64,000 bases of DNA from Podarcis muralis (taxonomy: Eukaryota): NCBI RefSeq assembly GCF_964188315.1, contig NC_135660.1, positions 47,244,001 through 47,308,000 on the forward strand. Reading direction: 5' to 3'. A program made the translations under genes and the position numbers. The notes below the pieces were generated by a model. That model was not told the DNA's origin, ran no database searches, and saw only the letters and a list, made by a program, of their open reading frames with translations. Every line of letters starts with the position of its first letter. Position 1 is the first letter of the stretch. Shown in pieces: positions 12,154 through 24,960 of this stretch.

Positions 12154-12990
12154 TATTATTCGTGTTTTGAGGCTTAACTGAAAACTCTGCTAAGAAACCA
12201 TTCCACCCACTGTCTTTTCTTCTTCATTTTCTCCAAGCTACAATAAGCCCCTGCTGCCATTACAACTGGCTCCTCTTCAGTATAACCCCTTAAACAATCA
12301 AACAGACCTGTTTATGTAGCATTCATCCTGGTAAGTTTGCACAAAGTTGTAGGAAGGTCATATAGCATCCACTGTTTACTGAGTATTCATTCTGATTTGT
12401 TTGCAAAGCAGTTATACCATGTTGCATCAAACAATTGTGACTCCACATTTTCCAGTGCACTTTCCAGGCACTTTCTTTAATGTAAAAGGCCTAATTTGGG
12501 GGAGGGAGGGCAGATTTGTTGCATATGAATGTCAACTTCATGTGTGTGTATCTAATTACGAAGGATATAAATTTGCAAAAGATTACAATAGGATATTAAA
12601 GAGATTACAAAAGGTACATAGAAAAACCAAGGTCACATTTATGCTGACAATAAAGCATGCAAACAAAACAGGGAATACAGAAAAAGAAAATGATCCTTCA
12701 CACTGAGCCTTTTTAAATTCAAAGCAAAATATTTGATCCCAAAATATTACATTGTAGACACTTCCAGTTTAATAAAGCCGGGTTCAACTGCTGAGTTCCA
12801 TCAGCAGAAGTCCATGCAAGGACTTTTTTGGAGCTCCCCCCTCCAAAAAAAAAAAGTACATAGGGGAAGGAGAAGGGAGATCATTCTGTCAGGCAAGCAG
12901 AAGTTCTGGTGCTTATAGAATGATCTCCTTAGCGCTACACTGAATTCTTCCCAATATATTCCACTTTATTTTATTCTGTTCTTTCCCTCA

Positions 12991-13120
12991 CATAGAACCA
13001 TAAAATTGGAAGGGGCCATCTAGTCCCACCCCCTGCAATGCAGGAATCTTTTGCCCAACATGGGGCTCAAACCAAAAACCCTGAGATTAATAGCCTCATG
13101 CTCTACCAACTGAGCTATCC
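12991..13120 (-). mobile_element. tRNA(Lys)-headed SINE with CR1-like tail
   Basis: Minus strand GGATAGCTCAGTTGGTAGAGCATGAG... then GATTCCTGCATTGCAGGGGG...TTCTATG (CR1 3' end). Same family as 39102. Confidence 0.8.
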
Positions 13121-14324
13121 TCTAGCTCTATGAAGTCTGTGAAGCCTGGAGACACTAGATTAGGTCCAGGCCATAAACCAGATGGGTCCAAATAAGAAGG
13201 TATTACTGTCACCTGCAAAATGTAGCTATTGTTTCTTTAAAGGAAGTAAAAGCATTGGGTTCGTGAGTAGTCTTTTGTGCCATATTTGCCAAAATGATCG
13301 CCAAATTCAGCCTCCATACTGCTGAATGGTTCTAATTCTTCTTTCCTCTCAGCAGTTCTTTGAATATGTACATATCATTATTACAATGGTGATGGTGGTT
13401 GAGTTTGAGGATCGTTTTCCTCCTCTGTCTTAAGCCCAATGTGCTACAACTCAGTAGTTTTAATAGGCACTGAATACAGATTTCAGTCTGGGCCAGATGT
13501 TCATTATATTATCTTGGTAGATAATATATCAGATGAGGTTCATCTGTGATAGGTTTGTTTTTAAGCTCAGTCAGTCTCAAATGCTAAAGCTTTAACTTGA
13601 GAAATTAAGGTGCTCCTGAAATCCTGTTCACTCTCTATTGTTGCTGGAATGAGAGAATGGACAGGAGCAACTCAACAGCAATTCCTGTCTAAAACGTAAA
13701 GCATTGGCACTTGTCAAGACAGTGATAACCAGGGGGAAATAAATGGCTATTGCTGAAGAAAAATCAGACTTTGAAAACAAGAAGAGAAAAATAGATCTGG
13801 AGGAGTCATTTATTGAATGCAAAAATCAAAATGACTTTTCAAGAAATTTATGCCCACTCAAACAAGAAGCTAGCAAGAAATTGGAATCTAGCCCAGCATA
13901 CAAATTCACCCACCAAATCAAAGTCTAGTGCACCCTGTCAGTTAACCTCTGCAATACCAAACAAACTGAAGTGTAAAAGATGGCTTGCTATATCGTCCAA
14001 ATTTCTCCTTAAATTCATGTAAGTGCAAAGAATGTGGTTTATCAAGCTAACATATAGCTGTACTCTACTATAAAATGATTGTGACAACATATTAGTAATG
14101 TAACATATTTCATTTTACTGATATCACAACCTTATAACACTGAACCACAAATAAGTAGTCTCCTGACTAAAAATAACAATATACAGTAGTTAAAAACAGA
14201 AACGTCCATGGGAAGCAAATCATTATGATTTTTTGCATCTTCAGATAGGTAATCAATCACAGAACAAGGCTCCTGAGGAAGACCAAAGAGGAACAACATT
14301 TTCTATCAAGCTGTTCCCTACAAC

Positions 14325-14500
14325 AGTGCTGCTCAAAGTGGTGGTCCACAGACTGGGACCACTCCCCAAGCCATTGGCTGCTGCTCCACAGTGACTCCAT
14401 CACAGCCCAGATTGGCTGGGACACTTCAGGGATCAAATATGCTACCAGGACATAGGCGGGGGATTGCTGGTCCATACTGGTGCCAAAAGAATTAGTAGTG
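14325..14500. mobile_element. Degenerate hAT-Charlie-like MITE
   Basis: Begins cagtgctgctcaaagtggtggtcc and ends ctggtccatactggtgccaaaag, resembling Charlie-type MITE ends. Confidence 0.45.
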
Positions 14501-15473
14501 CTGCCTGATATATAAGATGGAGAGTTTCCAAACTGTGCAGTGTTAGAATAGTGATACATACTTCTAGGTCTCCAGATGGGTAAAATCACAAAACAAACAA
14601 GCATTTAGAATATTCCAGAGAGTACTAGTAAATCATGATTATTCATTTATGCTCATCTTTTCGCTTTTTTGTTTCTTAATATCTTACAGCATATCTGCAT
14701 TTTGGAGGCCTGTAGAAGGAATGATGGGATAGGGTGACAGAACTAGAAAAAAACAAATGATTCATAATAAGGCACAAAGCATTTATTCTTTTAGGCTTTA
14801 CAGATGGAAATGGAAAGAACAAAGAAAGCATTTTCCCTTACTGGATGTTTTCTATTAGGAAGTTGTGGTTCTGAGAGGAAATGCAACAATGCCTTAAAAA
14901 ATAATAATGCAATTTACAGAAATTCAGAACCATATCACTGAGATTGCTAGAGCATTTAAGGGTGAGAAATTCAGGAGCCATAGCTCCTCTAGTTTGAAAG
15001 CCACAGATTCTAGCAGCAACAACAAGAAGAAAGTGACTGGTGGAACCCCTAGTTCAGTCTTACAAACTGATGCTGGTGGTTTAGCCTCCAAAACCAAATT
15101 AACCAATTGGAAGCCTTGATTAAAGCTGCAGTCCAAATCCCACTAGCAAACTGGGTGAGGGACAACAGGAAGCATTGTAACTGCTGTTCTGCCAGCAGAG
15201 AGAGAGGTAGACCAGTGGGAAAACTCAGGGAAGAACTACCACCCACCACCCATTCCGCTGAAAAGTTCTGCTGAAGTAGATGTCCCATGGGTACAATGAG
15301 AGGGGTAAAGAGTAGCAACTGTCTTGCATGGATGCACCACATTCAAAATCCCTTACTTGTCCTGACATGTTCACAGAAATAGTGCAATTCTCTTCTATTG
15401 TTTTCAGTTAGAGGATATATGGAAAAGGCCCTCATTTCCTGTTCTGCTCATGGCAAAAAGGCAGGGCCATGGA

Positions 15474-15688
15474 CAGTGGCAGAGGAACAGGGGTGCGGGG
15501 GGAGCGCACCGCCCCTGGTGGCACAATCCCGGTGGGGTGCGGGCGGTGCGCCACGCCCCCGGGTCTCACACCACACCCCTGCAGGCAGCGTGCCACGCCC
15601 CCGGGACACGCCTCCAGGACCTGTGCCAGCCACACCCCCGCCTGCTCTCCGCTCCTCCCCCCTGCTGGAGCTTGAAGCCCTGCCACTG
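15474..15688. mobile_element. GC-rich hAT MITE
   Basis: TIR CAGTGGCAG/CTGCCACTG. 8-bp TSD GCCATGGA (15466-15473) / GTCATGGA (15689-15696). Accounts for the overlapping spurious ORFs here. Confidence 0.85.
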
Positions 15689-16379
15689 GTCATGGATGTG
15701 TTGGTCACTCTGTCAGTGAATGTCACCTTCTCCCGCCCCCCATCACAAAAGTACATATGCTATAGTTTGTAACATGATACTAGTACATCCTCTGTACCCC
15801 CTCACTTCTGGTAGCCAGAATTTAGAGCCTTTGCTCTCTGAGAAATAATTGGATTGAGAGCTTTCATTTTGACAGTTTTGTTCTCTGAGAAGTTGGAATG
15901 TTGGTGAAAATTCCACGCTATCACACCAGCTCGATGAACCATGGCAGGCTTTACTTTCACAAGCGTAATAACATATAGATTGTGTAGTCAGGAATGAAAG
16001 GTACTGTCTATCTAGACAACATACCTCTGTTTATTACCTGATGCAGCCAATACCTAATTATACCTCTGCCATGTCTTCTCACCTGCAAAAAAAAATGCTA
16101 TCAAAAATAGATGGGTCTGTGCTTTTTGGTTCTTTGGCTGCAAGCTAATATTCTAGTAAATTTCCTGAATTTCTGTCACTATCAAATGTATGAAAGAATA
16201 GAGTTGGCTTTAGGAAACTCGACTGATGCCAGAAGTTGAAAGGCCAAATTAAATGCCCATAGACTCTCCCCTCCCCCTTTTTTCCCCAGAAAGGACTAAA
16301 CTGTGACAAATTCCTAAACTTTTTTGGGGGGCGGGGTGAGCAACTTTTGACAAAATGGGACTCCATCCAAGTACAAATT

Positions 16380-17330
16380 TGTTATTTCTTAGAGCCCAGT
16401 ACGTTTTTCAGATTCGGCCACCGCATAACCTGTGCCAGCCTTTCTTCCCCAGTGCAAATTTGCAACCTTTAATGGAGTGGAACATGCTCCTAGTGTTTAT
16501 GTTTTGATGCAGGTCAGGGGTAATGAGACATGTTGTCGGCAGGTCTGTGAAATATGACAACTGTGTTCCCCGTTAATGAACATTACTTGGTGCCCTTTCT
16601 CACTGCGGGTCTTTCTTCAGTGCTAAACAGCTTGAAAGAATGCCAGCGAGATGCCAAGAATGGCGGAGGCACCTGCTGCGAAGCTGGCTAATGCTGCAGA
16701 GCCAAGTCAGAAGAAATGCTTACGTTAGAAGAAAGGGGAGGCAGCAAACACGTGCCTCAAAATTCCAGGAAGCTGGAAGAGTGACGGGCCCTAAAAGAGG
16801 GAAGGAATACATCAGGCTGTGAAGCAAAAAGTGCACCTTTGTGCCCGCTTCAGCAGCTAAAAAGCGCAAGCACAGCAGGTCTGGGTCCCTCAGCATGTAA
16901 GAAGTTCAACTGAAATGCAATTAAGTTTAACCCTTCAGTGAGGGCGCTCTCAATGCAGCCAGCCAAATGAATGCTAAGTAGCTCATTGACTGTTCTTTAT
17001 GTTAAGCATGAAGCGGTTGGAAATGAGTTGGCAAAGAACCATCCTTATCAAAGGTCTCCCGAGGCAGACACAGGAAGTTGTTAGGCTTCACCCTTTGGAT
17101 TCTTCCCCATCTCAGGCCAGCTTTTTGATATTTGACTTGACTGAGTCAGGGCACTTCCAGACACTCATTATTGCTGGGTCGGATTCAATCACATACCGGG
17201 AAATTCAGGCTGCACAATTAAAGTTGCTCTGTCAGTCTTGCACATCAAACCACAGAAACAATGGATTTTGGGTGGCTGTTTATTTTGTGAGAAGGAAAGT
17301 TGATAGGGAAATGCACTGGAAAGTGTAAAA
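16380..17330. promoter_or_regulatory. Candidate enhancer-like unique sequence
   Basis: No recognisable repeat and several retained CpGs. Motifs: E-box CACGTG 16749, ETS CAGGAAGT 17071, AP-1 TGAGTCA 17142, NF-kB-like GGGAAATTCA 17198, RUNX AACCACA 17248, SOX AACAATGG 17257. Confidence 0.3.
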
Positions 17331-17468
17331 TCACAATTTTACATTTCATATGGGGTGTCATCTGACCTGCAAACTTTGTGCAAACAAATCAAGATGATGA
17401 AGAGGTTGAGCTCAGAAGGCCCATTGGTTTTCAATAGACAAACTTGTGTAAAACGGGTCATTGTGTGA

Positions 17469-17469
17469 T

Positions 17470-17513
<44 letters not shown>

Positions 17514-17520
17514 TTCTTTC
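17469..17520. repeat. (TTTC)n microsatellite
   Basis: Read directly from the sequence. Confidence 0.95.
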
Positions 17521-18604
17521 TACCAAACTGGGGTGGGAGAAGTCTTCATTTAGCTGTATCCTGGACATATCTGTGAAGACTAACCACCTGGGCAGGGAAA
17601 ATGCTGTTCCTCTGATCCACTGGGTTCATCTTTATAGATATACACATAGAAACATGGCATCCAGCCATGCAGAGGGAAGCAATTCTTATGACAATTCTTC
17701 TTTCTTTTTTTAACTAAAGAAGTGCTGTAATTTTCTTTGGGGTGGAGGGAGGATTGTCAGTTTGTTTGGTCCTTGTTTTGATATCTCCAAGTACATTGTT
17801 GGTCAAGTACATCATTGATCTTGCTCTTATTTATCTTATATCCTTTGTAGCATTTGTTAGTAACTGGTTGCATTACGATGATTTCTCTGGGTTTCCTTCA
17901 TATGGGGTGTGATCACTCCACAGTTAGCAATTTTAAAAGTCTATAGATTTCAATGGGAAATAGATAAGTACTTCCAGTGTGTGTGTTTGCATTTCACTGA
18001 ACAAAATAAATTCCACTGTCAAAGAGAATACTAGCACACTTTTCACTCCTGGTTGTAGAGAATGCCTATTTTGAGGGACCCATGAAAGGACACTTTGGAT
18101 AATTTAAAGAAGCTATGGAAGAGAAGGCACGCAACTTTCTCACTCAGTGCTTTATGTTGATACATGTATATTCTTCTGGTACAGGAACAGAACATGCATC
18201 ACCCTAACATAAACATACATTTTTTTTCCTCCTACAAAAGAGACCAGAGAATAAGTGTGGGTCATTCACATTTCCTGAGGCAAGGGTTCCTTAAAACATC
18301 TGAAGAAGGTCTTTTAAAATGACACTGGCAGCCTCTGAAACAGATGCAGCGAAAAGTTTGCAACAAAAAAATAAGTAAAGTCCAAACAGTATTTTAATTG
18401 ATATTCTTGCTTCATTTCAAATGATGCCATAAGGGAAATGTATTGGTACTGGCAAAAGTCATATAAGCAAATGCCAATCTAATGTTTTAAAAAAAAAAAA
18501 ATTCTAGAAGAATAATACCTAAAGGGTTATTACTGCATTTCACATACGTTTTTTCTGAGTACGTTTTCTTTTCCTTTTGTTGCTGTTCCTTGATTCCTTT
18601 CCAG

Positions 18605-18622
18605 GTTTCTTTTGATAACTTG
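18605..18622 (+). CDS. Candidate 18-nt microexon (VSFDNL if phase 0)
   Basis: About 43-nt AG-free pyrimidine tract with TGC at -24, then ttccAG. Exon GTTTCTTTTGATAACTTG, donor TTG|GTAAGC. Length preserves frame. Confidence 0.4.
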
Positions 18623-21329
18623 GTAAGCAAGGAGCCCAATCAGGGTTCATCTGTTTCCATTGTGCTTTGCCCTATCAGCCTTTATAGCTACTTCATTGGC
18701 ATTGTTTGCACATCCGTAGGAAGCAGAGTCTTATCAGCTTTCATTATCATATAACCATGGCAGAACTGCTATAGCGTGATGGGAAGAGGAATTTAATTCT
18801 CCTTTCTATAGAAATGTACTGAATACAGCTAGAGTACCTCTTGAGCACCATGACTTTTCCTAAAATGCAGCTTGATCACAGCAGCTTGAGCAGGCAACTG
18901 GGTTGGCAATAAGTCTCACTGCTTCATAATATGAGATCTCTCCGCAAGAAGCAACAGCTACTCCATCCATCCCTCCCTGCCCCAAAAAGAGAGCAAAAAA
19001 GACATGGTCAAGTTAATATTGGTGTTCAGTGTAATGGATACTGTAGAGCAACTGAACGAGTGCTTCCTATGATTCCTATTATTATTATTCTATTATTCCA
19101 GCTAACCTGGGACTTCTTTCAGTTAAGCTTAAACACATAGTGATTTACGCTGTGACATTTATTTAGCAATGTCCTATGTATTCTACAAAATGCAAGATGG
19201 TCCCTGGCCGGAGGGTTACATTCTGCAAGAGGCAGACAAGAAAAGGGCTGTAGGCAATAGGAGTTAGAAATCGTTAGAAAAACTTTCAGTGGCAGCGGAA
19301 CAGCAAGTGAAGAAACTTCAGGAAAAGGCCAAGAAGTGCGTCATGAGGAGGGAGTTAAAGGAGCAGGTGGAGGGAACGGGATGAACAAAAATGAAGCTAT
19401 TATTGGCGTAGGAACAACATGATAAGAAAGCTCATTGATTTTGGAGGGAGGGAGAAGGAGAGAACAAAAAGTAGGGTGAGATGAAGAATTATATTGTCAA
19501 GAGAAGACAGGTGGAGATAATGTGGAGAAGGCCTTGCTTAAGCATCCACACAATGAATTTACCAGAGCCAAGCAGGATTGTCCAACTTTGGAGCAAATTA
19601 TGTACAAGTGAAGTCAGGGGCTTAAATTACAATAAGAAAAGTGTGGAAATAAAGTTAGGAGATACAGCTAGTTATCAGGTTTCTGTGTATGGAACTACAT
19701 GACAAACAAAAGCTCCCTCTAGAACTGGGGTCCGACATGGCACCCACGGATAACACAGCACCCTCAGATACCTTCCTTGCCAAGGCTTCCTGCTTCTCCC
19801 AATTTTTGTTTTTACTTTTACAAAAATGAGATTTAATTTATTTTACCATGGCTTGTGATGGGCTACCTAAAAAGCAAAGTGCAAGCATCCAATCATCCTA
19901 CCTGCTTACCACATTTTCCCATAATGCCTCTGGGTGTATCCTTGCTTTGCCTGCTTTTATTTGTGGTTATTTGTTTGGTGTGTGTCTTGCCTCCATTTTG
20001 TTTTTTCCCTTTGTGTGAGGAGTATTTTGCCTTCTTTTTTCCTTTGGTTTAGGGGGCTGAGCATATTAAGTCCAAAGTTGATATAAGCTGCAGTTACAGG
20101 TCCGGTGAGGATGATTCCATTTAAACAAGGATGTAAGATGGATGTGGTAAAGTGTGTTAAGTAGACCAGTTCACACTTGGACTGCCAATCAGGCCTGTTC
20201 AATTTCAGCAATGCTACAGTATTGAGTGTTTTCAAAATCATTCACTGGACCATTCTTTTAGCATTCAAACCATTTCAAAAGCCTTACTTGTGGGCATGAG
20301 CTCTTCTGACCAAATAAATGCCCAGCCCCCAATTCTTAAGACCAAATTGTATTTAAACTCCAAGGTGCGAGTCTGGAAGAAAAACAGAAGGTGATTCAAA
20401 TACAGGGTTGTCCCTGCAGCATCTTATGTGGATATTATATAACTCCACTTCTCAAGCATTTGAACTTTATGAATGCAAATTTTCTTTCTCTCTCTCTCTT
20501 TAAAGGCATGCAAAACTGCCCTTGTTCTCTCTTCTTCTTCCCTTCACTTTATCCTGTCAGCACTGCATATATCAAACCTGAGCTCTGGGTTTTAACTAGG
20601 CTTTACTGCTTCATTCTGCTTCATGAATTTTTCAGTGTTTACACTTATGCTTAATATAATAAGATTGATAGCACAGCTGCCTGATAGATTCACATCCAGC
20701 CTCCTCAGCTAAGAGGGAGATGTTTGTTCTTTCCTCCTAATTTCCTGTAATACCTGAAAGTTCATTTTCACCTTTTGCAACCTGATGCACCATCTCATCT
20801 TTCAAATATCCATCCCCTGAAATAATATGTTCAAAGTAACAACATTTACCCAGTGGATTTATTTGATTAGGACGCAGCATGATGTCTAAACTACTGCAGC
20901 TCCGATGCTGGGTTTTTTTCTCCTCCTCCTTTTCATTGCAGATACAGATTCATCTGCATGCGCAGATTCATCAGCATAGACTGAGTTGATTTGACAGCCT
21001 ACATGCTAGGAGCATGGAAAAACCAGAGGGGCAATGTTAGGCTACAAACGTGGGTATAAGTGAATTCTTCCTTTTGTATTCTGCTATTGTTCCATGGGTC
21101 CACATTCCCTTCTACCTGCCTTGCCTTGGGAAACACCTAAAATTAATTTTAGTTGCATGTTTTGTAGTTTGCAGCTTGTGTCTTTAATTTTCTTACAGGG
21201 ACTGATCAATGCATGTATATGTCTGCACTGATGGAATTGCAGTGCAAAACAGAATGATTTGACATGTGCAGTAGAGCCCCTTATTGTCTGCAGAAAAAGA
21301 AGATAGGAACGGAAAACTACGACAAACTT

Positions 21330-21700
21330 AAATTCTCAGTGGGCGAATTCACGAGGGATTTGGGGGGTTAAAGGTGAATCTACATCATTTGCATTTTGTG
21401 AAACAATAAATGGAACATCTTTCAAAATTCACACTGCCCAATTTTCCATATGTTGTTGAAAATAAATTTAAAAATGCATTATACTAGGAAAATATAAATA
21501 TTTGGGATCTTTTTTGCAAATGTGTGTATATTAGGCAAAATTACATTAAAAATGTGTCACATTAAAATATTGATGAGTTTTCATGAGGACTCTTTTTTTG
21601 ATGCAAACTGATGTGAAAATGCCAGGAACCAAACTTAAGACTGAAAAAAGGAGCACTGAAGGGAAACCAAAATTCACAGATTCACCCTTGCCTAGCCTAA
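21330..21700. repeat. AT-rich interspersed repeat, same family as 7660 and 45830
   Basis: Shares catttgcattttgtgaaacaata, gtgtgtatattaggcaaaa, aagactgaaaaa and aaaatt..cagatt motifs with 45830-47025. Confidence 0.55.
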
Positions 21701-22744
21701 ACAAAGTTCACTGTAATGTATCAGTGTCACTCCAGAAGCAAAATTACTCATCCACTAACCTCTTCATTTTTACATTCTGGGATTTGTTGAGTTGTCCCCC
21801 AGCTTTCTTGATACTCCTGATACTATTAGCTCACCTGTTCTTAAGTCACACAGGGTCTTTGCATATAATAACGTGAAGAAGTGTCATGGTCCCAGTGACT
21901 GCCATGGACTTAGCTGCTCTGATGCCACAGAAAACCTAGGAAGCAGGGCCTAGAAAGCTGGCTGCTATGAATAGTTTTAGGGTTTAAGCTTATATCCCAA
22001 AGGTTCAAATGAGCAATATCTGGTAAATTAGGTAGATTAAATCATTTTGTTTATGGCAAATGACAGCTTTGTTGATGCAAATTGGTTCAAATCAAAAGCA
22101 GTTTTAGAGATATTTGATGGGGAAAGAGTCAGAAATATCATATTTAAAATTTGAGATGTAAAGAACTTCTGAGTGGAAATTTAGGTCAAATGTTCAAGGA
22201 AATTATTAGTGGGTTTTTGATAGGGTTTTTTGTATGTCTATGTTAATAAAAGCAATAAAACACTAAAGTTAATAAAATATTGATATGTACACGTAACAAA
22301 CAACTAAATGCTGGAGGGGGGAAATGAGGTTTTTACTTTGGGAGGGAGGGCGGGATATAAAGTTAATAAATAACTAAAGTGCTAAATAAAACAACAGTCT
22401 ACGCCTTTCACATGCTATTTACACATCACTTCGTAAAAAAAACACAGTATCAGTAATATCATTTTTTTTAAATAAAAACGTCATACTAACATTGTGATGG
22501 TTTGCTGCCTAGAATATTTACAAAGAAACACACACAAATTCTTTGTTGCTATCCCTGAGTGTATTTTGGATTCTCCTAGGACCCCAAGGAAAGGATAAGA
22601 AATATTTATTTGTTTTGACAGAGCTATCTACTCTAATTCCCAGGATAACTAGAAAGAAAGTATGATGTAAGGAAGCCACACACCCACACACTCAGTCTCT
22701 CTGTCACACACAGAGAGAGAATGCATTTCATTCCATGTCTACAA

Positions 22745-22850
22745 TAATGGGGGATGAATAGTGACCATCCTTACAGGCTTATTGTAATGATTACAAGATA
22801 ATGTCTGTTGAATACTTTCAACACTCCAACACTATATATAAAAATAATAT
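22745..22850 (+). mobile_element. MIR/Ther1-related SINE 3' fragment
   Basis: aataatgggggatgaatagtgaccatccttacaggcttattgtaatgattacaagataatg resembles the MIR core/L2-derived tail. Confidence 0.5.
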
Positions 22851-22860
22851 TGTTCTCCCC

Positions 22861-23375
22861 CAGTGCTGGCCCAGGATGTTTTGCCACTGGAGACAAAACA
22901 CAAAGTGGTCCCCTCCAGTCACCTCCTCCTCTGCCACCATCACCTCAGGCAACTGGAGGCAGCCGGGAAACCCCAGCGCGCTAAAGGTGGTAGGAGAGGG
23001 GAAAGGCCAGAAAAGAACAGGCAGCAGAGGGACTCCCAGCCAGGGCCGTAGCTAGGGAGTGGCCAGGTGGGCCCCTGCCAGGGGCGCAGGTGATGGGGGG
23101 GGGGCCGCAAAATCGGCTTAAAATATGTCCATAAATATAAATATTGATTATTGCCTCATAAGAAATGGTTTTAAATAGAGGGTGAGTTGAATGGGTGGAG
23201 GGGCGGGGTTGGACGAGAGATGGAAAGAAGAGTTCATTTGTCCATGGCCGGGGGCGCAATCTGGATGGTTCTGCCAGGGGCGCAAGATCACCTAGCTATG
23301 GCTCTGCTCCCAGCTGTCCCCAGCCTGCCACCTGAGGTGTCTGCTTCACGGAGCCTCATGGGTAGACCAGGCCTG
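22861..23375. mobile_element. Outer hAT MITE, interrupted
   Basis: Ends cagtgctggccc... and ...ggtagaccaggcctg. 8-bp TSD TTCTCCCC (22853-22860) / TTCTCTCC (23376-23383). Confidence 0.65.
23041..23306. mobile_element. Inner hAT MITE nested in the outer MITE
   Basis: TIR CAGGGCCGTAGCTAGG / CCTAGCTATGGCTCTG. Perfect 8-bp TSD CTCCCAGC at 23033-23040 and 23307-23314. Confidence 0.9.
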
Positions 23376-23424
23376 TTCTCTCCCCTTCTCCCCACTGCAT
23401 TAGTTCATGTGTTAATTCAGGTAG

Positions 23425-23493
23425 GGGGTCTTATATCCCAAACTTGCTTCATCAAGCGTACCCATTGCTTCTTCGGAATTTCCTAGTTACTTG
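23425..23493 (+). CDS. Candidate 69-nt phase 0-0 exon (GVLYPKLASSSVPIASSEFPSYL)
   Basis: Strong donor TTG|GTAAGT and an open frame. The acceptor (caggtAG) is weak. Confidence 0.15.
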
Positions 23494-24960
23494 GTAAGTC
23501 TGGAGAATGGCAGATTTCTGCATTTAAAGGAATGATAGTGTCCGTCATTTTCTGGAGGTGGCGTAGTGATCAGCACCCCTGGCACAGATATAACCAGCAG
23601 CACCAGAAGCAGAAGAGGGAGCTCTATGCTAGAGGAGTGATGCTGGTGTCCCTCCACAGGCAGTGGCCAGATGGGGCTGGGCAGACCTGGGCAGAGGGGT
23701 TTAGATTGCTTTGCCAGTCATCTCCCTGCTTCCCCTCCTGAAATAGATCTGGTCAACCAATTGTTTGTTTGGGGCTTTGCATGTGTGTCTGTATGGTCAG
23801 ACTAACGAAGCACATGGAAGCCAGCACCCTTTTGCAGTTTCAGCTCCACATCTGCCCAAGGCCTTCCACTGGGAATTATCTTTGCAGGCCTGCAAACTTG
23901 GAAGTGGAAATTGTGCAGACTGTGCTTTTCAAAACTTTCTACTAGGTGATTTGCAGCTCAAGTTGGAGACAGCTGCTGCTCTGACTGGAGCCTCACAACA
24001 TTTCCACGGCCCTGCTCTGCAGTGTATTAATGCTAATTAAAAAGGCACAGATGGAGAATTCGGGCTTGGGCTGTTTTCAATCATTGGTGTCCTTTTCAGT
24101 CACTTGCCAACATCACACCTGCCATGTTACACATGTAAGCAAGCAGGATATTGGGTTGTGCTATTTAATTTTTTTCCCCTCCAGAAACCCAAATCTTGTG
24201 TTCCTCTGATCTGATCATCCGTTTTTATCTAGATGAAATTACCCACACAGTTTGGATGGAAGAAAGTGAATTTTAAATAGAGCTGGGTTTTGTTTACTTA
24301 ACATACCATATGAGCTTATAAATAACCCAAAAGAACAAAGAGCAGAAATCTGGCCTTTAGAATTTGGATGTGAAAAAAGAACTGCTAAAAAAAAAAAAAA
24401 AGCCCTAGACAAACTGCAAGCAACTCTGTCCTGTTCTGCAGTTAGGCTTAGGCTGGCTGCAGGCCAAGGCAAGGTAGAACTCAGGCTGGATGCAAAACTC
24501 TGTGTTTTAAGATCGCAGAGCTTCAATGTTGCTTTAACAACAAACTGAGACTGAGCCCCACATCTCCGTTGTTAGCCCTACCTGTACTGGAAGGTGCTTC
24601 CTCAGTTAAAGAGCCCCATTCTGCTCCAGTAATCTTCAATATAAATGGGAGTCTCTGATCCCAATGGGGCTTCTGCAATGGAGTCTTCCAAGTCCAAGAA
24701 TAGCAATTTCACATCCTCAAGCCAGAGGGGTCTGGCCCCACTGGTTCATCTGGTGGAAGCTCTTCTGGGGCTGGCCAACTGTGCCACTTCCCCATCTGGT
24801 TCAGAGTCCTTGACCCCATCCAATAAAGAAGGGCAATCTAACTCTAGGGTCATGATAGAAACTACTGGATGCCTCTTTAAACAGTTTCCTCAAGAGAAGT
24901 GATCAAATGCAGTTTCAACATTTTATAATGCTGGCCCTGCAGCCTAAACTGCCTCTGCCC

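Noticed and set aside
12238-12330. Well-flanked + strand exon-like segment (ctccaAG...CTG|GTAAGT)
   Set aside because: Stops occur in all three frames. At most a non-coding or poison exon, with no further support.
14257-14604. Minus ORF with a protein-like S/T/Y-rich stretch
   Set aside because: It largely overlaps a degenerate hAT-Charlie-like MITE and has no good donor.
15398-15772. Cluster of overlapping GC-rich ORFs (likewise 52363-52863)
   Set aside because: They lie within GC-rich MITEs with few stop codons. This is neither a gene nor a true CpG-island promoter.
16078-16095. Minus-strand tttttttttgcAG|GTGAG recursive-site-like motif
   Set aside because: It is on the opposite strand to the other candidates, and shows that such motifs can arise by chance.
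20942-21053. Strong + strand acceptor followed by a short duplicated CAGATTCATC motif
   Set aside because: All frames stop within about 50 nt and no protein was recognised.
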